Source: an uncultured Candidatus Rokubacteria bacterium
GTDB taxonomy: Bacteria; Methylomirabilota; Methylomirabilia; Rokubacteriales; DASRDR01
DNA length: 64,000 nucleotides
Assembly: GCA_963708025.1 (NCBI GenBank)
Contig: CAVPSB010000012.1
Span: 320,001 to 384,000 of the forward strand
Reading direction: 5' to 3'
Shown here: positions 41,337 through 52,400 of the stretch, one piece after another
Numbering within the stretch: position 1 is the first letter of the stretch
Layout: each line of letters begins with the position of its first letter
The notes under the pieces: model-generated
What the model saw: the letters and a program-made list of their open reading frames with translations, nothing else
What the model was told of the DNA's origin: nothing
Databases searched by the model: none
Made by a program: the position numbers and the translations under genes

Positions 41337-42109
41337 TGTCACGCCCGAGAACGGTGCTGGTGACGGGATCCGCCGGGCGCATCGGCCGGGCGGTGTGCGC
41401 GGAGCTCCTCGCCCGGGGACACCGGGTGCGCGGGTTCGACCGCGTCCCGTCGCCGGGCCTCGCCGACGCAGCCGAGGGCGACATCACGCGGCGGGCCGAC
41501 GTCGCCCGCGCGATGGCCGGCGTCGAGACGCTGATCCACCTGGCCGCCACGCCGGACGAGGACGACTTCCCGACGGCGCTCCTGCCCAACAACGTCGCCG
41601 GCCTCCACCACGTGCTGGAGGAGGCGCGCCTGGCCGGCGTTCGGCGCGTGATCCTGGCGAGCAGCGGCCAGGTCGTCCGGGGTCACGCGGGGCCGTTCCC
41701 GATCACCCCCGACACGCCGACCTCGCCGCGCAACTGGTACGCGGCCACCAAGATCCTGGCCGAGGCGGCGGCCCAGGTCTACGCGCACGCCCACGGCCTC
41801 GAGGTCCTCGTGATCCGCTGCGGCTGGTGCCCGCGCTCTGCCGACCACGCGCGGGAGCTAGAGGGGAGCCCCTTCGGCCGGGCGAGCTACCTGAGCCCGG
41901 GCGACGCCGGGCGCTGCTTCGCCGCCGCGGTGGAGGTGGAGCCCGTGCCGCGCTTCGCCGTGATCTTCGCCACCAGCCGGCCGGTCGGGCCCCCGCGCTA
42001 CGACCTGGGAGCGGCCCGGGCCCTCCTGGGCTACGAGCCGCGAGACCGCTGGCCCGGCGGGCTGGATCTGGACGCCTGCGGCAACGCCGGCCACGAGGGC
42101 GCGCCGTGA
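41336..42109 (+). CDS. NAD-dependent epimerase/dehydrogenase (uronate dehydrogenase-like)
   Basis: TGSAGRIG, HLAA, ASS and YAATK motifs; TGATG coupling. Confidence 0.85.
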   Translation: MSRPRTVLVTGSAGRIGRAVCAELLARGHRVRGFDRVPSPGLADAAEGDITRRADVARAMAGVETLIHLAATPDEDDFPTALLPNNVAGLHHVLEEARLAGVRRVILASSGQVVRGHAGPFPITPDTPTSPRNWYAATKILAEAAAQVYAHAHGLEVLVIRCGWCPRSADHARELEGSPFGRASYLSPGDAGRCFAAAVEVEPVPRFAVIFATSRPVGPPRYDLGAARALLGYEPRDRWPGGLDLDACGNAGHEGAP

Positions 42110-42177
42110 CGGCGCCCCGCGAACGCTCACCTTACTTCGGCAGCTCCGCATCGGGGGTCGATGATAGAGTGAGAGCC

Positions 42178-42357
42178 ATGAGCGAATGCAAGCACGGCCT
42201 CAGACTGGGGTGCTCCTACTGCCACACGACGACGACGACCCCCGTGGCGCGCCCGGTGACGCCGAAGCGGCGAAGCAGGGCCGAGCGGCTCTCGGAGCAG
42301 ATGAACGACCGGGTGACGGTGCTCAAGAAGCGGCTGCGAGAGCTCCGCGGCGAGTAA
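42178..42357 (+). CDS. 59-aa protein with CxH-x5-CxxCH metal-binding motif and C-terminal basic helix
   Basis: MSECKHGLRLGCSYCH...EQMNDRVTVLKKRLRELRGE; extended -10-like TGATAGAGT 7 nt upstream. Confidence 0.65.
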   Translation: MSECKHGLRLGCSYCHTTTTTPVARPVTPKRRSRAERLSEQMNDRVTVLKKRLRELRGE

Positions 42358-42417
42358 GACCCCGACGCGCGCCGCCGCCGACCTGCCGCGACACCCTCCC
42401 ACCTCCAGGAGCAGACG

Positions 42418-43395
42418 ATGGCCGACGTCCGGATCTCGCTGACCTGTGCGGACTATGCCCGCGTCCTGCCGCTCGCGACCGGCGAGGTGAAGCCGAAAGG
42501 GATCGCGCTCACGATGATCCTGGGAAGCCGGGGGTCATGGCCGGCGCGCGCGGAGATGCTGCGGCGCGCCGTGCAGGACCCCGAGGTGCACGGCGGCGAG
42601 TGGTCGATGGCCCAGTACCTCTACCGCATCGACAAGGGCGATCGCCGCTACGTCGGCCTGCCCGTGTTCCCGCTGCGCAACTTCACGGCCCGCGACCTGT
42701 ACGTCCGCCGGGACGGCCCCATCCGGCAGCCCGAGGACCTGGCCGGCAAGCGCGTCGGCATGTACAGCTACACGGCCAGCGGCTCGATCTGGTACCGCCA
42801 CTTCCTGCGCTTCGTGGGCCTGGACCCGGCCGCCATCCAGTGGTGGATCGGCGACATCGACACGCCCTGGTCGGCGCCGATGGACGTGACGCTGCCCTCC
42901 GGCGTGAAGGCGCCGGCCCCGGGCCGGTCGCTGGCGGAGATGCTGGTCGCCGGCGAGCTGGAGGCGATCTACAGCCCGCCGCGCCCCCAGGCCTACCATC
43001 CGGTGAAGGGCCCCATCGCCCGCCTGTTCCCGGACTTCCGCGGCATCGAGCAGGCGTACTTCCGCAAGACCGGCGCCTTTCCCCCGCAGCACCTGATCGT
43101 CCTCCGGCGCGAGGCGTGGGAAGCCAACCGCGGGATCGCTCGCAGCCTCACCGAGGCGTTCGTCGAGTGCAACGACGCCTTCACCGCGGCGCAGAAGGGC
43201 TTTCCCTACGCCACCCCCTGGCTGGAGGCGGAGCTCGAGGACACGGCGGCCGTGATGGGCGACGACTTCCACCCCTACGGCCTCGAGCGCAACCGGTCCC
43301 AGATCGACATGTTCGCGGGCGAGGCCTTCCGCCTCGGCCTGACCAGCCGCCAGATCACGGCCGCCGAGTTCTTCGCGGACTACCTCGCGTCCTGA
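42418..43395 (+). CDS. 4,5-dihydroxyphthalate decarboxylase-like (periplasmic-binding-fold) protein
   Basis: ISLTCADYARVLPLATGEV, EWSM, LPVFPLR, DLAGKRVG, FPPQH and PYGLERNR motifs. Confidence 0.8.
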   Translation: MADVRISLTCADYARVLPLATGEVKPKGIALTMILGSRGSWPARAEMLRRAVQDPEVHGGEWSMAQYLYRIDKGDRRYVGLPVFPLRNFTARDLYVRRDGPIRQPEDLAGKRVGMYSYTASGSIWYRHFLRFVGLDPAAIQWWIGDIDTPWSAPMDVTLPSGVKAPAPGRSLAEMLVAGELEAIYSPPRPQAYHPVKGPIARLFPDFRGIEQAYFRKTGAFPPQHLIVLRREAWEANRGIARSLTEAFVECNDAFTAAQKGFPYATPWLEAELEDTAAVMGDDFHPYGLERNRSQIDMFAGEAFRLGLTSRQITAAEFFADYLAS

Positions 43396-43544
43396 GGGCA
43401 TCGCCCCACGGCGTACGCCGATGGGCGGCCTGGCGGGAGGGGCAACGCCGGTTCTCCTTGCCCTGGTGGGGCGGGCGGCCCCGGTGGGATCGGCCGCGGC
43501 GAGCCCCCGCGAGTTGGCCGGCAGCGTCGTGGCCCCGTACGCCG

Positions 43545-43574
43545 ACTCCGCCAGGAGCCACTCCGCCAGGAGCC
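43545..43574 (+). repeat. Perfect tandem 15-bp direct repeat
   Basis: ACTCCGCCAGGAGCC x2, immediately before TTGACG. Confidence 0.85.
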
Positions 43575-43786
43575 CCTTGACGCCGCGACAAAGACTGTAT
43601 TATGTCTGACCGCGAAGATGAGCTCGCACCGATGGGAGGTCCTGTCCGGGGACGCGACAGCGGCATCGGTTCGAGCAGGGCCCATCGCAACTCATCGCGC
43701 GATTCCCGACCTGCCAGCCCAGCCGTCCGACATCGGCGTGACTGTCGGCGAGCGAACCACCGAGATCGTTACTCTCTCGTGGTGAG

Positions 43787-44617
43787 GTGGAACCGCCGGC
43801 GTCCGAGCCGCGGCCAGGCGATCCACCGGGCACAGTGACCGGAGACCTCGAGAGCCAGGCGGCCATCGTCACGGGCGCCGGCCAGGGGATCGGCCGGGCG
43901 ATCGCGATCGAGCTCGCCTCGATGGGCGCGGCCGTCGTGGTGGCCGACCGGGACCCCCAGACGGCCGACCGCACCGCGCGCGAGCTCGGGGCGATGGGCC
44001 GTCGGGCGCTTGCCATCGCGGCTGATGTGACCCGCGGGCCCGATCGGGCGGCGCTGGTTGACCGAACGATGGACGCGTTCGGGCGCATCGACATCCTGGT
44101 CAACAACGCGGGAATCCACCGCACGGCGCTCCCGCTGGACGTCACCGAAGAGCACTGGGATGCTCTGATGGACGTGAATGCGCGAGCGACGTTCTTCTGC
44201 GCCCAGGCCGTCCTGCCCCATATGATCGCGGCCCGCCGGGGGAACGTGGTCAACGTCGCCTCGATGGCCGGCAAGGTGACGGCGAAGACCTCGGTGCCCT
44301 ACGCGGCGAGCAAGGCGGCTGTCATCGCCCTGACCCGTGGCCTGGCGATCGCCTACGCGGCCGACGGCATCCGCGTGAACTGCGTGTGTCCCGGGTTCGT
44401 GGACACCGACATGTCCGCGCGCACCCACGTGGCGGTTCCCCGGCTCCTCGGGATCGACCCGGACGAGTATCTCCGCCAGGTCACGGACCGCATCCCGCTC
44501 GGCCGACCTGCCCGACCCGAGGAGGTGGCGCGCGTCGTCGGCTTCCTGGTCTCGAGCGGGGCGTCGTACATGACGGGCCAGGCGCTCAACGTGACCGGCG
44601 GACTCCTCATGCACTGA
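43787..44617 (+). CDS. Classical SDR oxidoreductase
   Basis: TGAGQGIG, NNAG, YAASK, NCVCPG and YMTGQ motifs. Confidence 0.92.
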   Translation: MEPPASEPRPGDPPGTVTGDLESQAAIVTGAGQGIGRAIAIELASMGAAVVVADRDPQTADRTARELGAMGRRALAIAADVTRGPDRAALVDRTMDAFGRIDILVNNAGIHRTALPLDVTEEHWDALMDVNARATFFCAQAVLPHMIAARRGNVVNVASMAGKVTAKTSVPYAASKAAVIALTRGLAIAYAADGIRVNCVCPGFVDTDMSARTHVAVPRLLGIDPDEYLRQVTDRIPLGRPARPEEVARVVGFLVSSGASYMTGQALNVTGGLLMH

Positions 44618-44639
44618 TCGGGTTGGAGACGGTGTCCCG

Positions 44640-45434
44640 ATGATGATCGTCGACAGCCACTGCCACGTGGCCACCAACTGGTGGGAGCCGGTCGAGAGCC
44701 TGCTCTTCCAGATGGACCGATGCGGCGTCGAGCGCGCCGTCCTGGTGGGGGACTATTCCGAGCCCAACAACGACTACCAGACCCAGTGCGTTCGACGCTT
44801 CCCGGGTCGCTTCGCGTCGGTCGTCGTCGTGGATCCGAGCCGCCCGGATGCGGTGGCGGTCCTCGAGCGACTCGCCGGTGAGGGGGCGAGCGGAGTCCGG
44901 CTCCGCCAGATGGCGCGATCGCCGGGCCAGGACCCGTTCGCGATCTGGCGGGCCGCCGCGCGCCTGGACCTGACGGTGAGCTGTCCCGGCCGCAGTCCTC
45001 AGTACGGGAGCCTGGAGTTCGTCTCCCTCATCGAGAGCGTGCCGAACCTGCGGCTCGTGATCGAGCACCTCGGGTCGGGCAATGGGCCCGACGTGGAGTC
45101 GGTCCCTCCCGACATTCGCCACAACGTCTTCCGTCTGGGTCGCTTCCCGAACGTCCACGTGAAGATCCACGGCCTCGGGGAGTTCTGCCCCCGGGAGCTG
45201 CCCCCGGACGGCGACTTCCCCTTCGCGCGTCCGATCCCGCCGCTGCTGGACCTCGCCTACGACGCCTTCGGGCCGTCGCGGATGATGTGGGGGAGCGACT
45301 ACCCCCCCGTCAGCGCCCGCGAGGGCTATGCGAACGCGCTGCGGCTGCCGATGGAGCAGCTCGCGACGCGGAGCGCCGAGGACCGCGCCCTCGTCTTCGG
45401 GGGGGTCGCGCTCCGGCTCTTCCCGATCCGCTGA
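44640..45434 (+). CDS. Amidohydrolase-2 family (lactonase-like)
   Basis: VDSHCH, EHLG and MWGSDYP motifs. Confidence 0.88.
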   Translation: MMIVDSHCHVATNWWEPVESLLFQMDRCGVERAVLVGDYSEPNNDYQTQCVRRFPGRFASVVVVDPSRPDAVAVLERLAGEGASGVRLRQMARSPGQDPFAIWRAAARLDLTVSCPGRSPQYGSLEFVSLIESVPNLRLVIEHLGSGNGPDVESVPPDIRHNVFRLGRFPNVHVKIHGLGEFCPRELPPDGDFPFARPIPPLLDLAYDAFGPSRMMWGSDYPPVSAREGYANALRLPMEQLATRSAEDRALVFGGVALRLFPIR

Positions 45435-45471
45435 CCGCGCGGTCATGCGACTTCCGTCCAGGGGAGGCGTC

Positions 45472-47161
45472 GTGACGGCCGAGGCGGACACTCTCCTCGT
45501 CAACGGCCGGGTCCTCACGATGGACTCCGTTCGACTCGGTCCACGAGGCCGTCGCGGTGCGCGGGCAGCGCATCCAGGCGCTGGGCCGCGCCGCGGACGT
45601 CCGGGCGCTGGCCGGCCGGTTGACGCAGGTCCTCGACCTCCAGGGGAGGACGGTCATCCCCGGCATCGTTGACGCCCACGCCCACATGGATCGGGAGGGA
45701 CTCAAGAACCTGCTGCCGGGCCTCGAGGGCGTCCGGTCGATCGGGGAGATCCAGGCAGTGATCCGGCGAGAGGCCGACGTCCGGCCTCCCGGAGAGTGGG
45801 TCGTGACCATGCCCATCGGGGATCGCCCCCACTACACCGGGGTCCCGGTCTCTCTCGCCGAGCAGCGGTATCCGGACCGCCGGGACCTCGACGGCGCCGC
45901 GCCGGACCATCCGGTCTACATCCGCGGCATCTGGCCGGCGTGGAACGTCCCACCGTCGGTGTCCGTGGCGAACACGCGGGCTCTGGCGCTGGCGGGCGTG
46001 ACCCGTGACACCCGGCCGCCCGATCCGTCCGTCGTGATCGAGCGGGACGCCGCCGGAGACCCGACGGGAGTCTTCATCGATCACAATCCCTACCCCATCG
46101 TCGAGCACACGCTGATGCGCGTGGTCCCGCGGTTCACGCCCGCGGACCGGGTCCGAGCGCTCCGCGAGTCCATGCGCCTCTACAACACGGTGGGGACGAC
46201 GTCCGTGTGCGAAAGTCACGGGGTCGCCGCGGAGGTTCTGGACGCTTACAAGGTGCTCTGGGATGCGGGGCAGCTGACCGTCCGCGCCCGCCTGGTCCTC
46301 AGTCCCGCCTGGGCTCCAGAGGCCGACGCCGCCGGCGAGATGGCGCGGCTCGTCCCCCTGTTCGCCGGGCCCGGCTTCGGTGACGACATGCTGCGGGTCG
46401 GCGGGGTGTTCATCCAGCTCGGGGGGGAGCCCCACGTCGCACGCGCCTGTGGGGCCGCCCTTCCCTACACGGGCTGGGCCGGCTTCGTCGTCACCCACAA
46501 CCCGCCGTCACGGTTCCGGGACCTCGTCGAGCTCGCGGCGCAGCACGGGATCCGCGTCTACACCGTCGCCCCGGCGAAGGACGAGCTGGATGAAGTGCTC
46601 GACGCCTTCGAGGCGGCGCACAAACAGCACTCCATCGCCGGCCGGCGATGGGCCCTGGTTCACGCGCGCGACGTTGACGAGGACCAGCTCGCGCGGCTGA
46701 AGCGCCTCGGGGTCGTCTGCGAGACCATCCCGCTGACGCACCTGTGGCTCCGCGGCGCCGGGTACCTGGGTGACCCGGCGCGAGCGGCCCGGGCCGTGCC
46801 CCATGCCGACTTTCTCCGGTCGGGTCTCCCGTTCGGCCTGGGGACGGACAACAAGCCGTACAATCCCTTCCACACCCTGTGGGCGGCGGTGGCCCGACGG
46901 GAGCGCCATTCCGGTGCCTGTGTCGGGCCGGGGCAGCGCCTGACCCGACAGCAGGCGTTGAGGGCCTTCACGATGGGAGGCGCCTTCTTCTCCGGCGAGG
47001 AGGCCGTCAAGGGCTCCCTCGAGCCCGGCAAGCTCGCGGATCTCGCCGTGCTGTCCGCCGATCCCCTGGAAGGACCCGACGAGGATCTGCGAGACCTCCG
47101 CGCCCATCTGACCATGGTCGGTGGGCGGATCGTCCACGACGATGGAGCGATCACGTCGTGA
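45472..47161 (+). CDS. Amidohydrolase-3 (YtcJ-like) protein (frameshift near 45535)
   Basis: GGAGG RBS; ADTLLVNGRVLTMD, DLQGRTVIPGIVDAHAH, GSLEPGKLADL and TMVGG motifs. Confidence 0.85.
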
Positions 47162-47333
47162 TTCGGTCGTCGCCGATCGAGGGCACCCAGGCCCGCGTCA
47201 CGCCCCGGCGCCGCCCCTTCGTCACGCCCGCGAAGCCCTTCCCTTCGCGATCCCCGCCGCGCGAGGGTCTACCTGGGGTCTCGACCCGCTCATCAGCTGA
47301 TCCCGGAGCTCCGTCGCCGAAAAGGAGAGTGTC

Positions 47334-48689
47334 ATGCCCCGACCCGAGTTGACCTCGACCCCGTCCGTCCGCCGCTATTCGCGCCGCACGGTCCTGCGCC
47401 TGGGTGGTGCCGCCGTCGCCGCCGCGTCCGGGCCCTTCGTCTGGACGCCCGCCCGCGCCCAGGGGTTCAACTGGAAGCGCTTCCAGGGCAAGGAGCTGTT
47501 CGTCATCCTCATCAAGTGGCCCTGGACCGAAGTGATCGAGAAGAACCTCCCCGAGTTCGAGTCGCTGACCGGGATGAAGGTCAGGGTGGAGACGCTCCCC
47601 CAGCTCCAGGCTCGCCAGAAGGTGATGATCGAGATGACCGGCGGCTCCGGCGGGCTCGACGCCTTCTTCACCACGCCCAACGTGGACAAGAAGCGATTCG
47701 CGAAGGCGGGCTGGTTCGAGCCGCTCAACCGGTATCTCCAGGACCGGACGCTCACGCCGGCCGACTGGGACTGGGAGGACGTCTCCGCCGGCTCCAAGGC
47801 CATGGTCACCCAGAAGGACGGCAGCATCTCGGCGCTCCCGATCAGCGTCGAGGCGTGGGGCTTCTTCTACCGGACGGATCTCTTCGCCGCCCAGGGGCTC
47901 AAGCCGGCGAAGACCTACGACGAGCTGGCGGCGCAGGCCAGGCAGCTCCACAATCCCCCCGGGGTCTACGGCATCGTGTACCGGGGGCTCAAGAACTCCA
48001 ACGCGGCGACGTTCAGCAACGCCCAGTTCGCCTTCGGGGCGGACTTTCTCACCAAGGACGGGAAGGCGGCGCTGGACACGAGCGAGAACGTCGCGGCGCT
48101 GGACTGGTACGCCGGCACCCTGCGGAAGTACGGGCCGCCCGGCGCCATCAACTACGACTTCTACGAGTGCTCGACGACATTCATGCAGGGGCAAGCCGCC
48201 ATCTACACGGACGGCATGACCATCGCGAGCCAGTTCGAGGACCCGACGAAGTCGAAGGTCGTCGGCCGGGTCGGCTACACGATGATGCCCGCCGGGCCGA
48301 AGGGCCACTTCTCCTCGCTCCTGGGCTCGGCGCTGGCCGTCTCCTCCCAGTCCCGCAGCAAGGAGGCCGCCTACCTCTTCTGTCAGTGGGCGACGAACAA
48401 GCAGAACGCCGTCCGCGGTCTCCTCGCCGGCTCCTCCGCGGCCCGCACCTCGGCCTGGAGTCACCCCGAGGTCAAGGCCAAGGCCAGAATGCCGGCTGCC
48501 TGGTCGCAGACCTACGTCGACTCGATGAGGATCGGTCGCCCGGCCCTTCCCGAGATCGTCGGGGTCACCGAGTACCGCGACATCATCGGCGTGGCCATCC
48601 AGAAGGCGATCGAGGGAGCGCCGTCCGTCCAGGTTCTGGCCCAGGCGAACAAGGAGTTCCAGGAGATGCTGGACAAGACCGAGGGTTGA
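47334..48689 (+). CDS. Stand-alone sugar-type ABC substrate-binding protein (Tat signal)
   Basis: AAGGAG RBS; SRRTVLR, FESLTGMKV, FYRTDL and FMQGQAA motifs. Confidence 0.88.
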   Translation: MPRPELTSTPSVRRYSRRTVLRLGGAAVAAASGPFVWTPARAQGFNWKRFQGKELFVILIKWPWTEVIEKNLPEFESLTGMKVRVETLPQLQARQKVMIEMTGGSGGLDAFFTTPNVDKKRFAKAGWFEPLNRYLQDRTLTPADWDWEDVSAGSKAMVTQKDGSISALPISVEAWGFFYRTDLFAAQGLKPAKTYDELAAQARQLHNPPGVYGIVYRGLKNSNAATFSNAQFAFGADFLTKDGKAALDTSENVAALDWYAGTLRKYGPPGAINYDFYECSTTFMQGQAAIYTDGMTIASQFEDPTKSKVVGRVGYTMMPAGPKGHFSSLLGSALAVSSQSRSKEAAYLFCQWATNKQNAVRGLLAGSSAARTSAWSHPEVKAKARMPAAWSQTYVDSMRIGRPALPEIVGVTEYRDIIGVAIQKAIEGAPSVQVLAQANKEFQEMLDKTEG

Positions 48690-48721
48690 GAGCGAGGCTC
48701 GAACCGACGCGTATCGGCGGG

Positions 48722-48950
48722 AGCGGCGTCGGGCCGGCGAGCCCGCCGCCCCTCGGATCGCGAAGCTCGTGGGCAATGCCCTCGCGGAAGAGCTCGGCGC
48801 AGGCGTAGGCCTCCAGGCCCTCGCCGGCGCCCGAGCGTGGGCACCAGCGTGTAGAGCTCGCGGCCGGCCCACTTCGCGTGGTAGGTGTCGCCTTCGAGGG
48901 GGAGCGTGTCCCACACCGCCCGGCACGTGCGGGGCGCCTCGTCGTCCAGC
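48722..48950 (-). pseudogene. Internally deleted remnant paralog of the DUF3830 gene at 60131-60643
   Basis: Near-identical DNA encoding EAPRTCRAVWDTLPLEGDTYHAKWAGRELYTLVP is joined to the EGLEAYA.CAELFREG segment; the middle part is missing. Confidence 0.85.
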
Positions 48951-49112
48951 GGTTCCCTTCCTCACCGGCTCCTCCCGGCTCTGCCGCACGCCCCGGCTAC
49001 GATGGCTGGGGCGAGGAAGTTACCCTGGTAGGCGTGCCTTCCGATTTGCTCACACGACTTGAGCCCGCCGGGTTGGTCCATGAGCCCCAGCACCCGCCAA
49101 ACCGGCCACCGC

Positions 49113-49487
49113 TCAGGCTTCGGGGAGCAGCTCTCGAATCATGCCGAGGAGGGTGAACGGGCTGTACGGCTTCGCCAGGTAGGCGGACGCCCCGGCTTCC
49201 TTCGCCCTCTGCTCGTCGCCGCTCAGCGCGAAGGACGTGATGGCGATGATCGGGGTGGCGGCGGTGGCCGGCTCCGCCCGGAGCCGGCGCGTCGCCTCGA
49301 TGCCGGAGATCTTCGGGAGCTGGACGTCCATGAGGATCAGGTCGGGACGCTGCTCCAGGGCGATCGCCACGCCGGCCTCGCCGTCGGGCGCCTCGATCAG
49401 GCGGTAGGACGTGCGGCGCAGGAGATCGCGGACGATCTTCCGGTTCAGCTCGTTGTCCTCGACGTAGAGGATGGTCTTGGCGCTCAT
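49113..49487 (-). CDS. Single-domain response regulator (DivK-like)
   Basis: ILYVEDN, PDLILMDVQLP, TSFALSGD and KP motifs; ATGA overlap with the kinase. Confidence 0.92.
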   Translation of the reverse strand: MSAKTILYVEDNELNRKIVRDLLRRTSYRLIEAPDGEAGVAIALEQRPDLILMDVQLPKISGIEATRRLRAEPATAATPIIAITSFALSGDEQRAKEAGASAYLAKPYSPFTLLGMIRELLPEA

Positions 49488-52400
49488 GCGGTCTGGCCTC
49501 CGGCCAGGCGAAGCGGGATCGCGAAGAAGAAGGTCGAGCCCTTGCCCAGCTCGCTCTCCACCCAGATCCGGCCGCCGTGCATCTCGACGAACTTCCTGGT
49601 GATGCTGAGCCCGAGTCCGGTCCCCCCGAACTCGCTCGTGATGGTCGCGTCGCCCTGCTGGAACTCGGCGAACACGGTCTCGATCTTGTCCTGGCGGATG
49701 CCGATCCCGGTGTCCGCGACGCGATAGACGAGGAGGTCGCCCTGGAGCGTCGACCGAGATCTCGACCCGCCCCTGCCGGGTGAACTTCAGGGCATTGCCG
49801 GCGAGGTTCATGAGGCACTGGGTGATCCGCCCGGGATCGCCGTGGGCGAGCGGAATGTCCTCGGGGACCGAGGCGACGAACTCCAGCCCCTTGTCCGCCG
49901 CCAGGGGGTGGAGCGAGGCCCGCACGCTCTCCACGATGTCCTGGACCGCGTAGTCCGCCAGCGCCAGCTCCATGCGCCCGGCCTCGATCTTGGAGAGGTC
50001 GAGGACGTTGTTGATGAGGCGCAGCAGGTGCTTCCCGCTGTTCTGGATGTCGGTCAGCGGCTCCTTCAGGTCGGCCGGCACCTCCCCGTAGACCTCGCCG
50101 AGGATCATCTCGTTGAAGCCGAGGATCGCGTTCAGCGGCGTCCGCAGCTCGTGGGACATGTTGGCGAGGAACTCCGACTTGTGGCGGCTGGCCGCCTCGA
50201 GCTGCCGGCTCTTGTCCGCGATCTCCCGGAACAGGCGCGCGTTCTGAATCGCCAGGGCCGACTGGGTGGCGAACGTCTTCAGCAGCTCGACGACGTCGGG
50301 CGCGAACTCGCCGGGGACCTTGCGGTTGACCGTCAGGGCGCCGATGACCTGGTTTTCACGCACCAGGGGAACGGCCAGAACGGCCCGATAACCGATCCGG
50401 AGCAGGACGTCTCGATAGCGGCTCTGGTAGGCGCCCTCCCGGGCGATGTCGGGCACCTGGATCGGCTCGCGCCGCTCCGCGGCTGCGCCCGCCACGCCCT
50501 CGCCCATCCGGAGTGGCATCGCCCGGATGATCTCCACGAGCTCCGCGTCGTAGTTGTGCGTCGCGCGTAACTGGAACTGCTGCGTCGTCTCGTCGTACTC
50601 GTGGATGGAGCACCCGTCCGCGCCGGCCAGCTGACTGGCCCGCGACACGATCGTCGTGAGCACCGTCTCCAGATCCAGCGTCGAGCTGACCGCCCGACCC
50701 ACCTCGCCGAGCGCCGTGAGCTGCTCGACCGAGCGGGTGAGCTGCTCGGTGCGCGCCTGGAGCTCCCGGAACAGGCGGACGTTCTCGACCGCGATGACCG
50801 CCTGGCTGGCGAAGGTCTGCAGGAGGCCGATCTCGGCCTCCGTGAAGGGCTTCACCTCGCGCCGGGAGACGGTGATGGCCCCGATGGCGTCGCCCTCCCG
50901 GAGCATCGGCACGGCCACCCATGAGCGGGCTCCGATGCTCGCCGTGACGTGGCGGAGCCCCTCGGGCACGTCGGGGTCGGCCTGGGTGTCCCGGATGTGA
51001 ACGACCCGCCGCTCGAGCACGGCCCGGCCCGTCATGCTGGAGCGGAAACGGACGGGCGTCTCGAACGCCTGGTCCAGCATCGCCCGCGTCGCCGGCGGGA
51101 CGTTGTGCGCCGCCAGCAGGTGGAGCCGCTCGCCGTCGAACGAGCAGAGCGTGCTGAAGAAGCCGTCGCACAGCCGGACCGCGCTCTGCACGATGGCGTC
51201 GAACACGGGCTGCGTGTCCGTCTGCGAGCTGCTGATGGCCCGCAGGATCCCCGCCGTGGCCGTCTGCTGGTCCAGGGCCTCGGTCAGCTCTCGATTCCGG
51301 GCCTCCAGCTCCTGGAACAGCCGCACGTTCTCGATGGCGATCACCGCCTGGGCGGCGAAGGTCTCCAGGAGCTCGATCTGCTTGTCCGAGAAGGGCCGGA
51401 CCTCCACGCGTCGGATCACGATCGCTCCGATCGGAACGCCCTCGCGCAGCAGCGGCGTCGCGAGCACGGTCCGGAGGCCGAGCGCTCGCGTACGGGCCCT
51501 GGCGTACGGGAACTCCGCCTCGGACACCGTCTGCATGTCGTGGATGTGGACTGTCCGTCGTTCGATCACGGCGCGGCCCGATACTGTCCCACGCACGGGC
51601 CAACGCTCGTCGGACGGTAGTCTCGGCACGCGGCCCCACGCCGGCGACGGTGCGAAAGACGTCGCCGTCGAGGCGCGCGATGAGGGCGTCGTCCGCCCCG
51701 CAGACCCGCGCGGCGTTCTCCGCGACGGTGTCCAGGACCGGCTGGACGTCGGTCGGCGACCGCGAGATGACGCGCAGGATCTCGGCGGTGGCCGTCTGCT
51801 GCTCCAGCGCCTCGGTCAGCTCCTGGTTCCTCGAGGCGAGCGTCTCGAACAGCCGCGCGTTCTCGAGGGCGATGACCGCCTGGGCGGCGAACGTCGCCAG
51901 GAGGTGGATCTGGGCGTCCGTGAACGCCCGCACCTCCTGTCGCCAGGTGCAGATGACGCCCACCGGCTCGCCCTCCCGGAGCATGGGCACCCAGACGACC
52001 GTCCGGGCGCCGAGCAGCTCGACGGTCGCCAACCCTGGCCCGGGTGCCTTCCGCGTAGGCCGGGTCGGCCAGCGTGTCGAGCACCTGGATCGGCCGGCGG
52101 TCGGCCACCGCCCGGGCGAGCCCCACGCCGGGAGAGGCCTGGCGCGTGGCGCGGACACGTTCGGCGAAGGCCGCGGGCGCGCCACGCTCGGCCACCAGCC
52201 GGAAGGCGTCGTTCTCGTAGAGGAACAGCAGCCCGACCGGCGTGTCGCACAGCCGCATAGCGCTGGCCAGGATCGTCTCGAAGACCGGCTCGACGGTGGT
52301 GGGCGAGGCGCTGATCACCGCGAGGACCTCGCCGGTGGCCCGCTCCCGCTCGAGCGCCTGGGACAGCTCGCGGTTCCGGGTCTGGAGCTCCTGGAACAGC

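Noticed and set aside
42178..42357. c-type cytochrome call from CSYCH
   Set aside because: No export signal, so heme attachment is unlikely; zinc binding is more plausible.
43660..43700. tRNA-like GGTTCGA motifs (also near 486 and 10262)
   Set aside because: No cloverleaf or acceptor stem can be built around them.
47162..47333. Riboswitch upstream of the solo SBP
   Set aside because: No recognisable conserved aptamer motif; only a short family A fragment and generic GC hairpins.
49113..51629. Hybrid kinase-receiver fusion suggested by the ORF track
   Set aside because: Artefact of a frameshift near 49745; the HATPase end is in another frame and stops at an ATGA overlap with a separate receiver gene.
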